The notes under the pieces: generated by a model
Database searches by the model: none
What the model was told of the DNA's origin: nothing
Seen by the model: the letters and a program-made list of their open reading frames with translations, nothing else
Shown here: positions 1 to 10,979 of the stretch, in pieces
Numbering within the stretch: the stretch's first letter is position 1
How the letters are laid out: each line of letters begins with the position of its first letter
Source: Octopus bimaculoides
Lineage: Eukaryota
Assembly: GCF_001194135.2 (NCBI RefSeq)
Contig: NC_069007.1
Location: 2,447,549-2,511,548, forward strand
Length of the DNA stretch: 64,000 nucleotides
Direction of reading: 5' to 3'
Made by a program: the position numbers and the translations under genes

Positions 1-310
1 TTCCCTCGTCTAATTGCAAAATGTAAAGAATTGCGAAATGTTAATATTTGGAGTTTCTATGATCACGTTGGTTTGCTATTTGATTTCAGGAAACCGTATA
101 TAGTATTGATACTGAATCAGAATTAGAGTTAGAAACAAACAACGTGTAATGCTATAATCTAGATGAATATAAGTACATAATTAAACAGAGAGTAGACGGA
201 GGAAAGTAGAGAGAGAGATGGGGACGGGTATGATGCGTCAACAAAAAAATGGATGACAGCCTCGAAAATGCGCTTGCAGTTTTTCATCATCATCATCCTC
301 ATCATTAATG

Positions 311-545
311 ATTAGAGTCATTTCGTCCTTCTTTACGTTCTGAGTTCAAATCCCGCCAAGGTCGACTTTGCCTTTCATCTTTTTGGGGTCGATAAATTAA
401 GTACTAGGGAAACACTGGAGTTGATCTAATCGACTACATCCCTCCCCCAAATTTCAGGCCTTGTGCGTATATTAGAAAGGATTATTATTGTTATTATTAT
501 TATTATTGTTATTATTATTGTTATTATTATTGTTATTACTATTAT
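311..545 (+). mobile_element. tRNA-derived SINE family B (~230 bp, Meta-domain-like core), 5'-truncated, (ATT)n tail
   Basis: gttctgagttcaaatcccgccaaggtcgactttgcctttcatc...ggggtcgataaattaagtact core, recurrent through the window. Confidence 0.9.
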
Positions 546-1080
546 TTAGTGGGGTGTCTTTCAAACTTATCGTTTTCCAAGTTCGTGTTTGTATTCTATA
601 ATTAAGCGCATGTAACCTTAAACGCGTCTATGTGATCTCGTACATTGGTGATAAGACAGATATGTACGTCTGCCTCTAATATTGTTTGGCGTAGCTTTAT
701 TAATATTCCCTCTCTCTCTCTCTCTCTACCTCTCTCTTTCAGTCTTTCACTTATTCCTTGATAGCGTCTTCTCTTGGGAATCCATTCCTTAGATCTGTAA
801 TGAAGTCACATGTATTCTGAACATCTGAGCACACTCTATTTCGAATTGCGTCTACAGATTTGAAATTTCGTCATTCTCTGAAGAGCTATTTAATTCGAAG
901 CAGACTTAGTTATTTTGCTAAAAACCAATAAATCTGTTTAATATAATTATTTTCTCAGCATTTATCCATATAATTCGTGTAGAAGCAGCTTTGGATTGTG
1001 GTCTCCTTGATCATTCAATGAAGAATTTGCGAAACACACGCACACAGAGACATATACACGCAAACACACGCAATATTCTC

Positions 1081-1134
<54 letters not shown>

Positions 1135-1940
1135 AAATATACAGACACTTTATGTATATGCACGTATATTACACACATATACACGCACACACAGACACTC
1201 ACACACACACACACACATGTATATATATTCACATAATATACATACACATATTAGATATAAACGCACGTATTCATGCGCATATTTAATGAGTATATATATA
1301 TATATATATATATTTATATGCATGTACATATACATATATATATATACGTTTACGTATATACATACATATATATATATATGTATGTATATATATACATATA
1401 TATACATATATACACACACACATATACATATATGATATATAGGTGTATGCGTAAAATGTGTATGTGTGTGGGTGCGTGCATGTATGTGAGTTTGTGTTAA
1501 ATATATGTAAGCACACCTATCTATATATAACAAATATAGTGAGAGAACAAGAAAGAACGAAAAGGGGAAGGAAAAGTATGGGAATATCTGTATATTTGTG
1601 TTTACCTGTGTGCGCACATGTGAGTGCGTGTATGTTTGTGTGTTCGTGAGAGTGTGTGTGTGTCTAAGTAGAATGTTGTAGAAACAAATATTTCAAAGAA
1701 AGAGAGCATTTAGAATTTTATAGAAGAACAAGACATCGTGAGTTTGGGAAAAGCTTTCTCTGCTCCACAGCGACTCCCTTGTATCATCAGGATGGAAGAA
1801 GCTCTCAAAGCAATTCTGTTTTTAAACTTCTAAGTTTATTTAAATTAGTTTAGTATGTGTGTGTGTGTGTGTGTACGTGTGCGTGCGTACGTGCCTGTAT
1901 GTGTGTATATTTAAGTGTGTATGCGTGTGTGTGTGTATTT

Positions 1941-1987
<47 letters not shown>

Positions 1988-2659
1988 GATGAGCGTGTGT
2001 GCAACGTGGTGAGCGAATATATTGTTGCTTGGATTATTTTGAGGACGTGTGTGCAGTTTCGATTGGGAATGTTATTGGGCTATGTAAAGAATTGTATCGG
2101 ATTTCCTGATTGAGAATAAATGTAATTCGCTTATTAACAATAAAGCGAAGATCGTTAGATTTAATTTGTTATTCAGTGAAGTTATATGTGGATGAGTGTC
2201 GTGGTATAACAATGAAGTAAGTCATGGATATTTGTTTTTGATAATAACATACATCGTCAGATCAAAATGAGGGCATACACGCACAAACACAAACACACAT
2301 ATATAAAGTCAGTCTTAACACCAATGTCATGTTAGAACACCAGATACTGCTTAATATGAACCTCTCATATAGGCACTTGTTGCACACACAGAGATCGTTG
2401 TAGAGGACAATGATCTGTGAATGGGCGCCGGAATTCATACATTACATAATTTCAGTTTACGGATTATCAGGAGTGGGAGGGATCCGCTCGCCGTATATCA
2501 GAAAAATCTCGCTGCTACAATACATAGAAAAGCAGCGTCTCTTCCAGGCACAGATGTCAGCGTGTTGATGTCATCAAACGATATCCAACGATCATTGGAT
2601 ATTTCAACCCCCCGTGGAACGATAAAAAGGCGGGTCAGCAAAAGTGGCCCAATCGACGC

Positions 2660-2810
2660 TCATCATCACCTGACGAGGTCGAAGTTACATTTCATAATGT
2701 CGGGGTCAATGAAAAAATGTACCAGTCAAGCGTTCGCATCGATGAAATCGACATAGCCCCTCCCCCAAAATTGCTAGCCCTGTGACAAATTTTGAAACTA
2801 TAATATGTAT
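2660..2810 (+). mobile_element. SINE family B, diverged 3' part
   Basis: gaggtcgaagttacatttcataatgtcggggtcaatg...cccctcccccaaaattgctagccctgtg. Confidence 0.7.
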
Positions 2811-3359
2811 AATTAGGAAAGGTAAATATACAAAATTCATTCTGATAAAAACGTTTAAAGATGAAAACCCACCCTTAAACACTTTCATGTAAAGCCATGC
2901 AAATTTCACACGCACATACGCACGCGCTCTCTATCTCGTTCTCCTGTTATCTCTGTCTCTCCCCACCATATCACTCACTCTTTCTTTCTTTCTCTCTCTC
3001 CCTTTATTTCTTTTTCTCTTCCCTCCTTCGTATTTTTTTTTTTCTGTCTCAACATTTTTCACAAATGCATCCATTTACCGGAGAAGAAATTTTATATAAG
3101 ATTGCCTGCTAAAAATGTACAACTTTGTGTTTATACTTCAGTTTTTTAAGTGGAAGATTTCCCTGGTAATAGAAAGATATAGGGAAGAATCTTGATTATT
3201 CAATCAAGAAGAATAAATTTAAAATAAGACACTTGTTCTCTTGTCAAGCTAATAGCTAAACAAATATTTATATTAAGTAGTTTGTTAGTTTTAGCAAAGT
3301 GAAACCTTTTTGAGCACCTGAAAGACCTACAATTAAAACAAATGTGTTCAGAACGAATA

Positions 3360-3419
<60 letters not shown>

Positions 3420-3641
3420 AAGTGATAGCTAGCTAGCTAGCTTACCAAGATAGACAGACAGACAGACAGACGGACGGACGGATGGATGGATGGATCATAT
3501 TGTGTCATCAGATTTTAAATTATAGCAAATTCTTAAGTGCCATGTTATTTAGTTCCATGGATGCCTGCTTTATCTAAAACAAATAAATCCTATTTAATGT
3601 ATGCGTATGTGTGTGTGTGTGCGTATGTATATGCATGGATG

Positions 3642-3672
<31 letters not shown>

Positions 3673-3711
3673 TTATATAATATATATATATGTGTGTGTG
3701 TGTGTGTGTAT

Positions 3712-4070
3712 AACTAGAAGAGCACTCGGAGAGTGCAGACCTCCGCCAAGCACCTCATTTCCACCCATATACACACGCATGCTGAAAATCGCCCAATTTG
3801 CCAAACCAACGACGGCAAATCCCATACGTATGTATGGGATTTGCCGTCATCATCAACACTGTCTCTGCTTTCACCACAATCACCGACAAAAATACCATCA
3901 CCACATTCAGTTTCTTTACGCAGTTGAAAATCCCTTATCCGATACTCATGGGACCGAAATTGTTGCAGATTTTTGATTTTTCTAATTTCGGAGTGCTTTA
4001 TCAAAAAAAAAAAAAAATTGCATCTACAAAATGGAACAGTTTGAGGATAGAAACCAAGTCTAAACACAAT
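3712..4070 (-). mobile_element. Helentron-associated (HINE/DINE-1-like) non-autonomous element end; inner boundary uncertain
   Basis: aactag, then a short palindrome GCACTC-gga-GAGTGC (3722-3736), then a subTIR-like ACCTCCGCCAAG (3739-3750): the subTIR-plus-palindrome layout of HINE 3' ends. No partner subTIR seen. Confidence 0.55.
3811..3848. repeat. Perfect 17-bp inverted repeat with 4-nt loop
   Basis: GACGGCAAATCCCATAC-gtat-GTATGGGATTTGCCGTC. Confidence 0.97.
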
Positions 4071-4480
4071 AGCTTATAGACATACTCTGAATGTAGTTCC
4101 ATATAAATCTTTAATAATCTTCTTTTTATATATACTTAAGACCATCAGAAATGTTAAGATATCAGCCTCTACCGGTAGCTAGCATGCGTAATGAAGACAA
4201 TAGCCAGCATATTTTCATACATAAACGTGTACAAACCATTAAGTATTTATACACAAAAGAGACGACCTTTGACAGGATACCACATTAAATGCTAGAAAAG
4301 GCAGTCAAATATAGTTGTTAGAAATAATTGCTAAAATGGCTCTAATGCTGTAGTGAAAGCATATAATTATACGTGCTTTGACTGCAGCATTTAACTCTTA
4401 TTTCTTGCAATGTAGGTGTTTCTAATTACCTAACCACGTTTAATGACAATTGTAATTTTCCTTTTGCGTATGTATTTGTT

Positions 4481-4519
<39 letters not shown>

Positions 4520-6365
4520 TTAGTATATTAAATGTATCATTAGGTTATAGCATGAAGTTCTACAGATTCAATCATATTTAACATAAATGGAGGACATAAG
4601 TTGTTAAAGAATTGTAGTAAGTTTATTGATGCAGACGACCGTTTCGTACAAAGAGATAAAAATTCATTTTCAGAATTTGGAATTATCAAAGTACCCATCA
4701 GTGCAGAAAAAATAAGAACTTTAAAAAGTGCTAAGTTGGATTTTGGAGTTTCATGTCTTTTTAATCCTATCCATGTGTAAAATCATGGGATTCATGCACA
4801 TTTTTAAACCACAACTAACGGATGACGGTTAGGGATGATATGAATATAGAAATATAGATAACGTCTCTTTATGGATTAGTATAGATTAGCTAATTATAAC
4901 TCCATATATAAAGCATAGAGCGAGTGAGGTGGAGAAAAGTCCAGTGAGAATACGGAACCTAATGTAAATTATATCTCACCGTTAAAAACAATACTTGGTA
5001 CTTTTAAAATAAAAAAAAAAGGATGAGAAAAGTTTCGCATCAAATATTAGGCGTGAAAATCTTATAATAGAAAGTTTATGTAGTCAATGTGCCAAAATAT
5101 AGGGGGAGAAGAAAAAAATTGATAGAATGTAGTGGAAAACCATTATGGACTCTTATTTACTAAAAAGCCGTAGGTACAACATGAAATAAAAATAATGGAG
5201 AATATAAGAAAAAGTGGGAAATACGATAATAAATATGAAGATTAAGGTGATGTTATAATTACGAAGTCCACTGTTAAGGAAACTAAAAATAACATTTATA
5301 GAAAAGTAGTAAGAAAAAATATCGAAGACATAAGATGATAATTATTAGAGTGAAAAAAAGTCGAAATTATAATAGTGTAGGGGAGATAAATAAGATGAAG
5401 CAGTGAGATTTGTTTGGAAGTAGGAGAAAATGAAATGTTAAAAAATATAGATGGAGGTTTAGAGAAAAACCTTAAATGCATATGGATAATGTTATACAAA
5501 AGAAAATTATAAAAAGTTTTGTCATATATAGTATTCTGTGCTAAGGTTTTTTGCGAGAAAAAGCGGGTACGACTATATATGTATGTAAAAAAAAATACGA
5601 TATTGTACACGTGAATCAGACAGTAATAATTAACTGTAAATACCTGTCTGTCTATAAATATACGGAGTATGTACGGACAATAATGGACACAATTTTATCA
5701 TACACCGAAAAATGCGATAATACAGGCGTGTACCTCATACACGAAATTAATAAGGAGATGCTATTATATAGAGAACCCATGTCGATGCATACAATATTAA
5801 AAGATATTCTTGAAATCTATAGTGGTGATGTAGGTGTAAATGTACATTATTATAATGTAAAAATGCCAAAAATGTACATTGTTATAAATATGTATATAAT
5901 GATAATATATACGTGAAAGATATTTAGGAGTATTATAAACATTTGAAAAAGTATAAAAATAAACAATAGAGGAATAAAAATAATAAATAAATGAGAAAAT
6001 GAATGAATAAATTAAAAATAAATTTTAAAATTAAGAAAATAAACAACGAAAAATTGGTAATAAATGATAAATAAAAAATAATAGTTGTAAAAATAGTTTA
6101 AAATCCAGGTTGCTAAAAACAGTATCTATATATAAAAAATTAAATAAGAAAGGTAAAAAATAAAAATAAAATTTAATTAAATGGAAAGATGATAATGAGC
6201 ATAGAGGGAGATCAAAGTCCAATACTTATGTCAGGTTAACTATGTGTAATAATTATAGATTGGAATACTTCTGTAAGAGGTATTCGGCTACTTAAGAAGT
6301 ATATGAAAACAATGAATAATTATATATATTATACAGGTAAAGTGCAATGATATATTATGTCTATA

Positions 6366-6720
6366 AGGAAGCGCAATGTCCCAGTGGTTAGGTCAGCGGA
6401 CTCGCGGTCGTGGGATGGCGTTTTCCATCCCCAGGTCTGGCGTCATGAGTGTTTATTGAGCAAAAGCACCTGAAGCTCTCCGTAGCTCCGTTAGGGGCCG
6501 TGGTGAACCCTGCTGTATTCTTTCACCACAACTTTCTCTCAGTCTTTTTCCTGTTTCTGTTGTACCTGTATTTCAAAGGGCCAGCCTTGTCACACACTGT
6601 ACGTTAAGGGTACACGTGTCGGTGGAGTACTCAGCCACTCACACGTTACTTTCACGAGCAGGCTGTTCGGTTAATCGGATGAACAGGAACCCTCGTCGTC
6701 GTAAGCAACGGAGTGCCACG
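6366..6720 (+). mobile_element. tRNA-derived SINE, family A (~370 bp), near full length with small internal deletion
   Basis: tRNA-like head (gcgcaatgtcccagtggttaggtcagcggactcgcgg); body collinear with copies at 28131 and 31490; ends ggagtgcca. Confidence 0.9.
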
Positions 6721-7265
6721 ATTATATTTATAATTTCAGGGTAAAAAGTTTTATGTAAGGGTACATATACAAGTTACAATATTATAGAATAAGTGTAGAT
6801 CATATATACACAGTAGAATATATGTATATACGCATATAGAGGTACACATATACGTATAAACGTATAGATACACAAATATATGCGCATATATGTACATACT
6901 ACTTACACATACATATACACGTACATATACGTACTTACACATGTATATAAATATACATACATATACATATATACATATATATACATACATATTGTTGTTA
7001 TTTTTTAGGATATTTCCTGTTTTCCTTTGCAAGGCGAGGGTTGTCACTCAGGTGCATCACATGTCCAACTGTACCGGATGTTGTTTCAATTGTACTTTCA
7101 TGTTCAAAAATGTAGTTGAGTAAAGGTTTATGTATGTTGCTGTCTAGGTGTTTCTGAACCTCTACTGCATCGCAATCCGACGATGGTTTTAGGTGGTCGA
7201 AACTTCGAAGTAACTGTCAACAACATTCTTGCATAAGAATAATATATATAACATTCTTACATAAG

Positions 7266-7301
<36 letters not shown>

Positions 7302-7944
7302 CACACCACACACGCACACGCACAATACACACATATATAAGCTATTTATGTGTCCCATAATGCATGTGCATATTTGAGTATGTATTTCCATATATGTGCA
7401 TTTGTGTTTATCTCAGTGTCTGTCCACTTGCTTGGGCAAGTGTGAATGTTAGTGCATGTGTGATGTGTGTGTGTGTTTGTGTGTTGTGTCCATGCGTTCA
7501 TGTGTGTATGTTTCTGTGTTGAAAGCATAGCTGAAGTCAGTTCATAGCGTTTGTACATTAGCTTATTAAATTCTCTCTGTAACCCAATTCAATCTTGAAA
7601 TTCGAGACTCTCATTTGAAGAAAGAACTGGCGAAATTTCTAACGTCTTATATTACTTTCTTCGCAATTGTGCACAGATCAAACCGTCTGATTTGAAAGCC
7701 AAAAATATATTTCTAAATCATAACATTCAACTTGATATCATATTGTTTCTCTGTCACGACGGTTTATAGGCTGTATAATATATAGTTACATTAATATCAA
7801 ACATAAACTTCGCTCAATCAATATCTCACTGAGCTATCTCTCGGGAACTATTATTCATTGTAACCTTATATATAGCTACTGACCTGTACAATCAATTGGA
7901 TGGGCTCAAAATTCTCTCATTGTATTGTTACTATTGTTGTTGCT

Positions 7945-7997
<53 letters not shown>

Positions 7998-8627
7998 TGT
8001 TGTTGTTGCTATTGTATTTGTTGATGTTGCTATTGTTGTTGATTTTCTTTAGTTCCAAATCAGCCGTGACGGAGAAGACTAATGTACATCGACTTTTAAG
8101 CTATGATTCTCTCATCTTGTAACTCTTATACATTAAATCTCAGACGGCTTTACCCGTTGCGATCTTCTTTTCCTGATAAAATGTTAAAATGAAATCTGAG
8201 TGAGATTTCCTTTCTATTTCTAGTTTCTCAAGCGTCCACGCAGAGGCTCACACAACGGCTTAAGCTATCGAAATTCGATGTTGCTGTTGAGCACTTCGTC
8301 GAACTTCTACTGCAAACACTCATACCTTTTTTTTTTCCAGTTCTTGTATACCTGGGAATACATTACCGTGTGTGTGTCATTATTTAGACTGCATATGAGG
8401 ATTTGAGGGAGATTCGCCTATTGCTTTAACCTCGTTGTTGCAGCAATTTCGCAAATCTACGTGAAATTTATCTTTCGTATTTGTTTCAGCGATCAGACTC
8501 CGATCATGCTGGGGCATCACCTTGAATTACTTTTAGTCGAATAAATAGATCATAGCACTTAGTTTTTTTTTTTTGTTTTTAAAGTCTGGTACTAATTCCA
8601 TAGCTCTATTTTGCCAAACAGATTGAT

Positions 8628-8737
8628 TACGGGAAAGTAAACACACTAACACCGGTTGCCAAGCCTTAACGGAAGACAAACTCCGACACAAAGACACGTA
8701 CGCGCGCACTCACACGCGCGCACACACACACAAACAA

Positions 8738-8815
<78 letters not shown>

Positions 8816-8965
8816 ATTCTTTTAGTTTCCGTCTACCAAATTCACTCACAAGGTTCCAACCTGCCCGAATCGAAGACACTTTGCCAAGATGCAACCAGAC
8901 TGCAAGACTGAACCCGGAACCATGTGATTGAAAAAAACATCTTGTCACACAGCCACGCCTGCCCC
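8628..8965 (-). mobile_element. tRNA-derived CORE-type SINE family C with internal (TA)n/(CA)n
   Basis: Reverse complement: ggcaggcgtggctgtgtgac...catggttccgggttcagtc...ttggcaaagtgtcttc...gtgagtgaatttggtagacggaaactaaaaga. Confidence 0.85.
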
Positions 8966-10611
8966 TATGGTATCATTTTTTCAAAATTTTTGTTAGCACG
9001 GCGCAGAAAGCCCTTCGAAAACATTTTGTTCATCTTAGGTTCTGAGTCGAAATTCGTCCGAGAAGGATTTTGCTTTTCATCCTTTCGAGTTCAAAGAAAT
9101 GAGTACCAGTTGAGGCTACGCATCTATAGTAAGAAAAAATATATTCTGTATACTCTGGAGACATGCTAAATGATCTTTGCTGGGTTTGAACTCAGAACGT
9201 AAGGAGCAAAATATAAATACAGAATTACATGAGTCGTTATAAGGCTTGCACCGCCGCCACAACAGAGCATCTCATCGTTGAATGTCAACGCGTATATACA
9301 TTAAGACTGCGCCGTTGATAATTTGTTGGAGCCATCTGGGAATCTTCATTGTTTTATTCAGCTGTAGTGATGTGTCGTTGTATGTCAGTGGTGTGTCAGT
9401 GACACTCACCTCGCACACGGATACGGATACATTCTTCAACAATTAGATGCAGCAACAACTTTAAAGAAATGAAACTATGCCGTCTTATTACCTAAGTTTT
9501 AAGAATGCCTTCAACTTGGCTTCAACGAGCTTCAAAAGATCCCTTGAGATCGATTTCTTCGACTAAACCCTTCAATACGATGCCCATGCCCCAGTGTGGC
9601 CGCAGTCCAATCACTGACACAAATAAAAGATAGAAGAAACGACAATAAATTCGCAATACTGGAGTCCTTGATTTCCTTGATTAAATACTTCAAGCTGATG
9701 TTCCAGCATGGTCGCAGTCAAATAGCTGAAAGAAGTAAGCGAAAAGATGATGGATATATGCGGCAAGGTCTGTCGCCCGAAAGATTCGCCCCACTCACCG
9801 CCTACAGTTTTCATTTTGTAGATTTAACATCTGATATACAATGTACTACATAATAAATTATAGTCTTGCGAATACTGATAAGTAATTACTGTTTTATTTT
9901 GTTACGGTATTTTTCTGTCTTTTTGATGATTGGTTAAAATGAGGTTATCACTTGGAGTTCACTGTGTGAGGCACATCTGTAATCACAACAGATAAGAGAC
10001 TGCGAAATAGCAAGAACATTGTACTTTTTATGCTTCTTGGTTGAAACACTTTTTTTCCCCCTTTTCCGTTCGTTATTAACGCCATGCTTATCGCTACTCC
10101 AATCACCGCCACCATCATACTAATGTGAATAACGGCATAACTTGTACTCGCTCCCTTCCTCCCTCCCTCCGTCATTACAGACCCTGCTACTATTGCGGAG
10201 GAGGAGCGCTGAGCAGTGATGAGTGAAACTGCAGTGTTATTACCGGTTCGAATATGTTTGATGCACTTTCGAACTGGGGAACAAGCTACACATTGCGTTT
10301 TGCCACGGAGAATATATCTCGCTTGTTGACAAACGGTGTGTAGACACTTAGATCAGCTCGCAGCGCCATCTACCTAGAATGTGATGTTAAGATTTCGGAG
10401 TAGTTATCTCCACTGAGCAGAGGGCACTGCGAGCTGAATTAAGAGATTACCTCTCTTCTGCTTTTCCAGTCACCGTACAATGACTGGAGTGGATGCGCAA
10501 TGGCGCGGTGGACTCGCGGTCATTGGATCGCGGTTCCCCTTTCGATCAGCGACCCCTGAGAAAGTACCCGACGGATCGTATACCAATGCCACAATATATT
10601 ACCAACTAGTC

Positions 10612-10905
10612 AACCTTTGTGACCGAATATTTAGAGAGACGAACAGAGTGTTCTGTGTGTCCTGCGTTCGAATCCACGCGGGATCACGCTTGTCTTTGTT
10701 TCCTCTGCGATCGAGTGACCGACTATTTTGAGAGACGAACAGAGTGTTCTGTGTGTTCTGCGTTCGAATCCAAGCGGGATCACGCTTGTCTTTCTTTCCT
10801 TTGCGATCGATTGACCGAATATTTAGACAGACGAACAGAGTGTTCTGTGTGTCCTGCGTTCGAATCCAAACGGAATCAAGCTTGTCTTTCTTTTGAGATC
10901 GTTAA
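10612..10905 (+). repeat. Tandem array, 3 x 96-bp tRNA/SINE-head-like unit
   Basis: gaccga recurs at 10621, 10717 and 10813; each unit contains GTTCGAATCC. Confidence 0.9.
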
Positions 10906-10948
10906 AATAAGGGACAAGTGAAATAGTAATATTTTCATTCTCCCCCAC

Positions 10949-10949
<1 letters not shown>

Positions 10950-10979
<30 letters not shown>

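Noticed and set aside
2421-2756. 111-aa ATG ORF
   Set aside because: The C-terminal third is SINE family B sequence and the remainder has no recognisable motif.
4860-6360. Nuclear mitochondrial insertion (NUMT) as an explanation of the skewed block
   Set aside because: No recognisable mitochondrial protein, rRNA or tRNA motif on either strand by manual reading.
9410-9458. Minus-strand AG|GTGAGT donor with a 49-nt possible exon (LLLHLIVEECIRIRVR); similarly the GTAAGT donor near 30011
   Set aside because: Isolated splice-like signals with weak acceptors are expected by chance in 64 kb, and there is no homology.
10214-10240. gcagTGATGAgtGAAActgc as a C/D snoRNA box C or a hammerhead
   Set aside because: No suitably placed box D (CTGA) or terminal stem; as a hammerhead it lacks C3 and stem II.
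10619-10921. ORF with a 32-aa Cys-containing repeat, and a possible CRISPR-like look of the array
   Set aside because: The 96-bp period is divisible by 3, which explains the peptide repeat. Units are near-identical along their length with no unique spacers, there are no cas genes, and the context is eukaryotic.
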